Source: an uncultured bacterium
GTDB taxonomy: Bacteria; Babelota; Babeliae; Babelales; JACPOV01
Assembly: GCA_963744715.1 (NCBI GenBank)
Contig: CAVUUR010000006.1
Span: 64,001 to 128,000, forward strand
Direction of reading: 5' to 3'
DNA: 64,000 nt
Part shown: positions 60,996 through 64,000 of the stretch, piece after piece
How the letters are laid out: every line of letters starts with the position of its first letter
How positions within the stretch are numbered: position 1 is the stretch's first letter
Notes under the pieces: generated by a model
Database searches by the model: none
Told to the model about the DNA's origin: nothing
The model's input: only the letters and a program-made list of their open reading frames with translations
Made by a program: the position numbers and the translations under genes

Positions 60996-62187
60996 ATGAA
61001 AAAAAATATCGTATTTTTCTCGTTCTTAGTAATTGGTATAATATATTTTTTTGTTGTAGCACCATTTCTTCACGAAGATAGTAAACTATTTGCGCAAAAC
61101 GTATTGTCGCGAGCAGGTATTACTATCAATGGCAATGAACCTTATGATGTCATGATACATAATGACCAAATTTATTCTAACATTCTCAGTAATGGATCAT
61201 TGGCACTCGGCGAATCATATATGAATGGCTGGTGGGATTGCTTATCGCTTGATCAATTTTTTTATCATATCACCCGCTCCGATATCTATAATCGAACGTA
61301 CAAAAACATTCATTCTCTTGTGCTCTATGTAAAAGCAAAGCTCACAAATTTACAATCATCATCACGCGCCTTCCAAGTAGGTGAGCAACATTATGATATT
61401 GGCAATGATTTGTTCACGCGTATGCTTGATAAAAATATGTTGTATTCGTGCGCTTACTGGAAAAATGCCGATACGTTAGATAAAGCACAAGAAGATAAGT
61501 GTGAACTAATTTGTAAAAAATTATATCTCAAGCCGGGCATGAAAGTTCTGGATATTGGATGTGGCTGGGGAGGATTTGCATTATATGCAGCAAAAAACTA
61601 TGGTGTTGAAGTTGTTGGTGTCACCATTTCTAAAGAGCAAGCCGAGTACGCCCGCAACATAACAAAGGGCTATCCAGTTGAAATACGTTTACAAGATTAT
61701 CGCGATATCGATGAACGCTTTGATCGCATTGTTAGCATCGGCATGTTTGAACATGTGGGATATAAAAATTATGCAACCTTTATGAATATTGCCCAAAAAG
61801 TATTAAAGGATCATGGGTCTATTATTATTACATACTATTGGTGGTAATAATTCGCAAACACATGGAGATCCTTGGCTTAATAAATATATTTTTGCAAATG
61901 GCATGCTTCCTTCAATAGAACAAATTGCACAAGCCAGCCAAGGCATTTTTGTTATGGAAGATTGGCATAATTTTGGGGCTGATTATGATAAAACATTAAT
62001 GGCCTGGCATGCAAATTTTGAAAAAAACTGGGTTGACTTAAAATCTACTTATAGTGATCGTTTTTATCGCATGTGGAAATATTACTTGTTGTCATGTGCC
62101 GGGTTATTTCGAGCACGAACGATACAATTGTGGCAAGTAGTTTTCTCTAAATCTGGTGTTCCCGGCGGCTACGTATCCGTCCGATAA
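60996..62187 (+). CDS. cfa: Cyclopropane-fatty-acyl-phospholipid synthase, split by one extra G at 61815-61817
   Basis: LGESYMNGWW, HYDIGNDLF, YSCAYW, VLDIGCGWG, SIGMFEHVG, then LLHTIG..KYIF..EDWHNFG..RMWKYYL. Confidence 0.92.
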
Positions 62188-62420
62188 TCATATGTGAGAC
62201 AAAAATAATCTTAAAAAATGCCTGCGATTAGAATGTATGAAAAAATATTAGATGGTCATGCAAAACAGCAATATATCAGCATTTAATGTTTCTTATTTTC
62301 TTAAACTACTGAATTTAAATAGCCATAATTTATTATTTTTGTAATTAATATTGATATTAATAAGAAAAATTTTTTATAATATAATTATATTATAAGATTA
62401 TTTAAGGAAGAGAAAGTATT

Positions 62421-63926
62421 ATGACTACGAAATATCTTTTATATGTAGGCAGTTTTTTGTATTGTACATTGCCATCCTTTTTATATGCTTACCCATATGC
62501 TTTTTACCGATTAATACAGGAAAAAGATAGAGAAATTATAAAAGTAGTCGATTTAATTTGTGATCGTCATCAGAACATTGAACAAAAAGTAAGCAAACCG
62601 TCACGAGGCATACCTATAACGTTATTGTCATCAGATGAACGAGGAATTTTCACTTCCGTAGAGCGAACTTTACTACATACATTACGTGAAATAGCACAAA
62701 AAAAAGAAACGGAGCCTATCACTTTATTGTGGGAAGGAAATAGGGTACTATTTGCAGCTGCTCCTTCGGGAGTCTTTATGCAAGATATTGAAGCAAAATT
62801 CGTTAAAGAGTTTGCAGAAGATCAACGAAAAAATATCATTTTTGCACCAGCAGATTCCTATCGCTTTAATAGTAGGGCGTGGACTCCATTAGTATATAAA
62901 GAATTCATGGATCCAAATGATATTGAACAAATCAGTCTCGGGATGATTGGTTTGTTTATCAAAGATACCTTTCGACAACCACCGCTCAGAGGTGAAGCGG
63001 ATAAGGATTTACAAAAAATACAAGATCCTGCACTAAAATTAAAATTAACTACTATATGGAATCATTATGTAGAAAACACTTTAAAACCCTTTTATGAAAA
63101 ATATATAGCAAACGATGAAGACATGACACTCAATGAATTTATTCGATTACCTATATACAAAGAATTTAATAAAGATTTTAATGATAAAATTATTGCAGTT
63201 ATGACCGATTATGAATTGCTCTTAAAATTATTTGGATCTACAAAACATGTTATTATATATGCAGGAGGAGAACATTGTGATGGTGTGGTAAATATGTTGA
63301 TGGATGAACGTAATACCTATGGCCTGGATGAATATAAATTTCAACTCGTTATGCGTTGTGGTATTGTTAGAGCTCCTGGTCTTTATAATGCAACGTTATT
63401 ACCTGATTTTTGTAGGCTTTTAAAAGAATCTCCTCAATTAATATTGTCAAAATATAAAGCAAAAGGAAAGTATGATCATGTAATCTATAACAGTACCATA
63501 GGAAGATTTTTTGACGTAATGCAGCAAATGAGACAATTAACATTCAAAGAACAACAGCAAATGTTAAACCCCATTTTATCAGAGGCACGTGCTGCTTATG
63601 TAGATTTAATCAATGCACAAGATGCTTCTGGACATACAGCATTATATTATGCTGTAGAAAATCAATCATTTGAAATGACTAAATTTTTACTTAATCATGG
63701 TGCCATCGTCAATATCACCGATGCTCCTTATGGAAATACACCACTTATGGAAGCTGTTTCTTCGGGAGATAAAAGTATAACAATGTTGCTCTTAAACAAA
63801 GGAGCAAATCCTTTGCAGAGCAATCTCTCAGGAACTTCCGTTTTTGATTGGGCACGCACCGAAGATATGAGAAAATTATTATTACCTTACATATATAAGG
63901 CCATGAGGAAACCGAGAAAAAATTAA
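62421..63926 (+). CDS. Secreted protein: N-terminal putative enzyme domain plus C-terminal ankyrin repeats
   Basis: Signal peptide; CDRH, LLWE, DSYR, IIYAGGEH; ankyrins GHTALYYAV, GNTPLMEAV. Confidence 0.85.
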   Translation: MTTKYLLYVGSFLYCTLPSFLYAYPYAFYRLIQEKDREIIKVVDLICDRHQNIEQKVSKPSRGIPITLLSSDERGIFTSVERTLLHTLREIAQKKETEPITLLWEGNRVLFAAAPSGVFMQDIEAKFVKEFAEDQRKNIIFAPADSYRFNSRAWTPLVYKEFMDPNDIEQISLGMIGLFIKDTFRQPPLRGEADKDLQKIQDPALKLKLTTIWNHYVENTLKPFYEKYIANDEDMTLNEFIRLPIYKEFNKDFNDKIIAVMTDYELLLKLFGSTKHVIIYAGGEHCDGVVNMLMDERNTYGLDEYKFQLVMRCGIVRAPGLYNATLLPDFCRLLKESPQLILSKYKAKGKYDHVIYNSTIGRFFDVMQQMRQLTFKEQQQMLNPILSEARAAYVDLINAQDASGHTALYYAVENQSFEMTKFLLNHGAIVNITDAPYGNTPLMEAVSSGDKSITMLLLNKGANPLQSNLSGTSVFDWARTEDMRKLLLPYIYKAMRKPRKN

Positions 63927-64000
63927 ACGGAGACAATACGTTCAAGGCCTTTTTTGTATCCGAGGTTAATCTGCTGTCATAACTTGTGGTTTTTGTGGCT

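Noticed and set aside
57984..64000. Prophage or integrative element at the tRNA pair
   Set aside because: No integrase, phage structural or conjugation genes are visible up to the window end; they could lie beyond it

Overview
AT-rich bacterial chromosome segment. The gene content (many signal-peptide hypothetical proteins, ankyrin/LRR/BTB effector-like proteins, eukaryote-like lipases, an OMP ending in Phe, T2SS/T4P parts) suggests a host-dependent diderm, most likely Candidatus Dependentiae (TM6/Babeliae). This taxonomic call is inference. Housekeeping genes are uvrB (3' part), recO, an MscK-like channel, tal, rplU, mraY, mnmE, jag, pgeF, secA, galE, hisS, cdsA, yraN, bamD, gspE/pilB, tamB, rluA and mgtE, plus tRNA-Gly, -Lys and -Glu. 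Notable accessory content: (1) a putative bacterial homologue of the mitochondrial outer-membrane NCA2/DGS1 family; (2) two tandem paralogue arrays of secreted proteins, one clearly mosaic with a constant MNYVRF leader; (3) a tRNA-Glu-anchored island in which an ankyrin gene is bracketed by a perfect 37-bp direct repeat, followed by a Doc toxin lacking the catalytic His, a DUF6624 gene sharing that operon's leader, cfa, and a Tiki/ChaN-like ankyrin protein; (4) cPLA2-like, Skp1/BTB-LRR and secreted HD-domain proteins; (5) full-length mutS and uvrA broken by many 1-bp indels while their neighbours are intact, which is either an assembly artefact or real repair loss. All family calls come from motif recognition by eye; no database searches were run.
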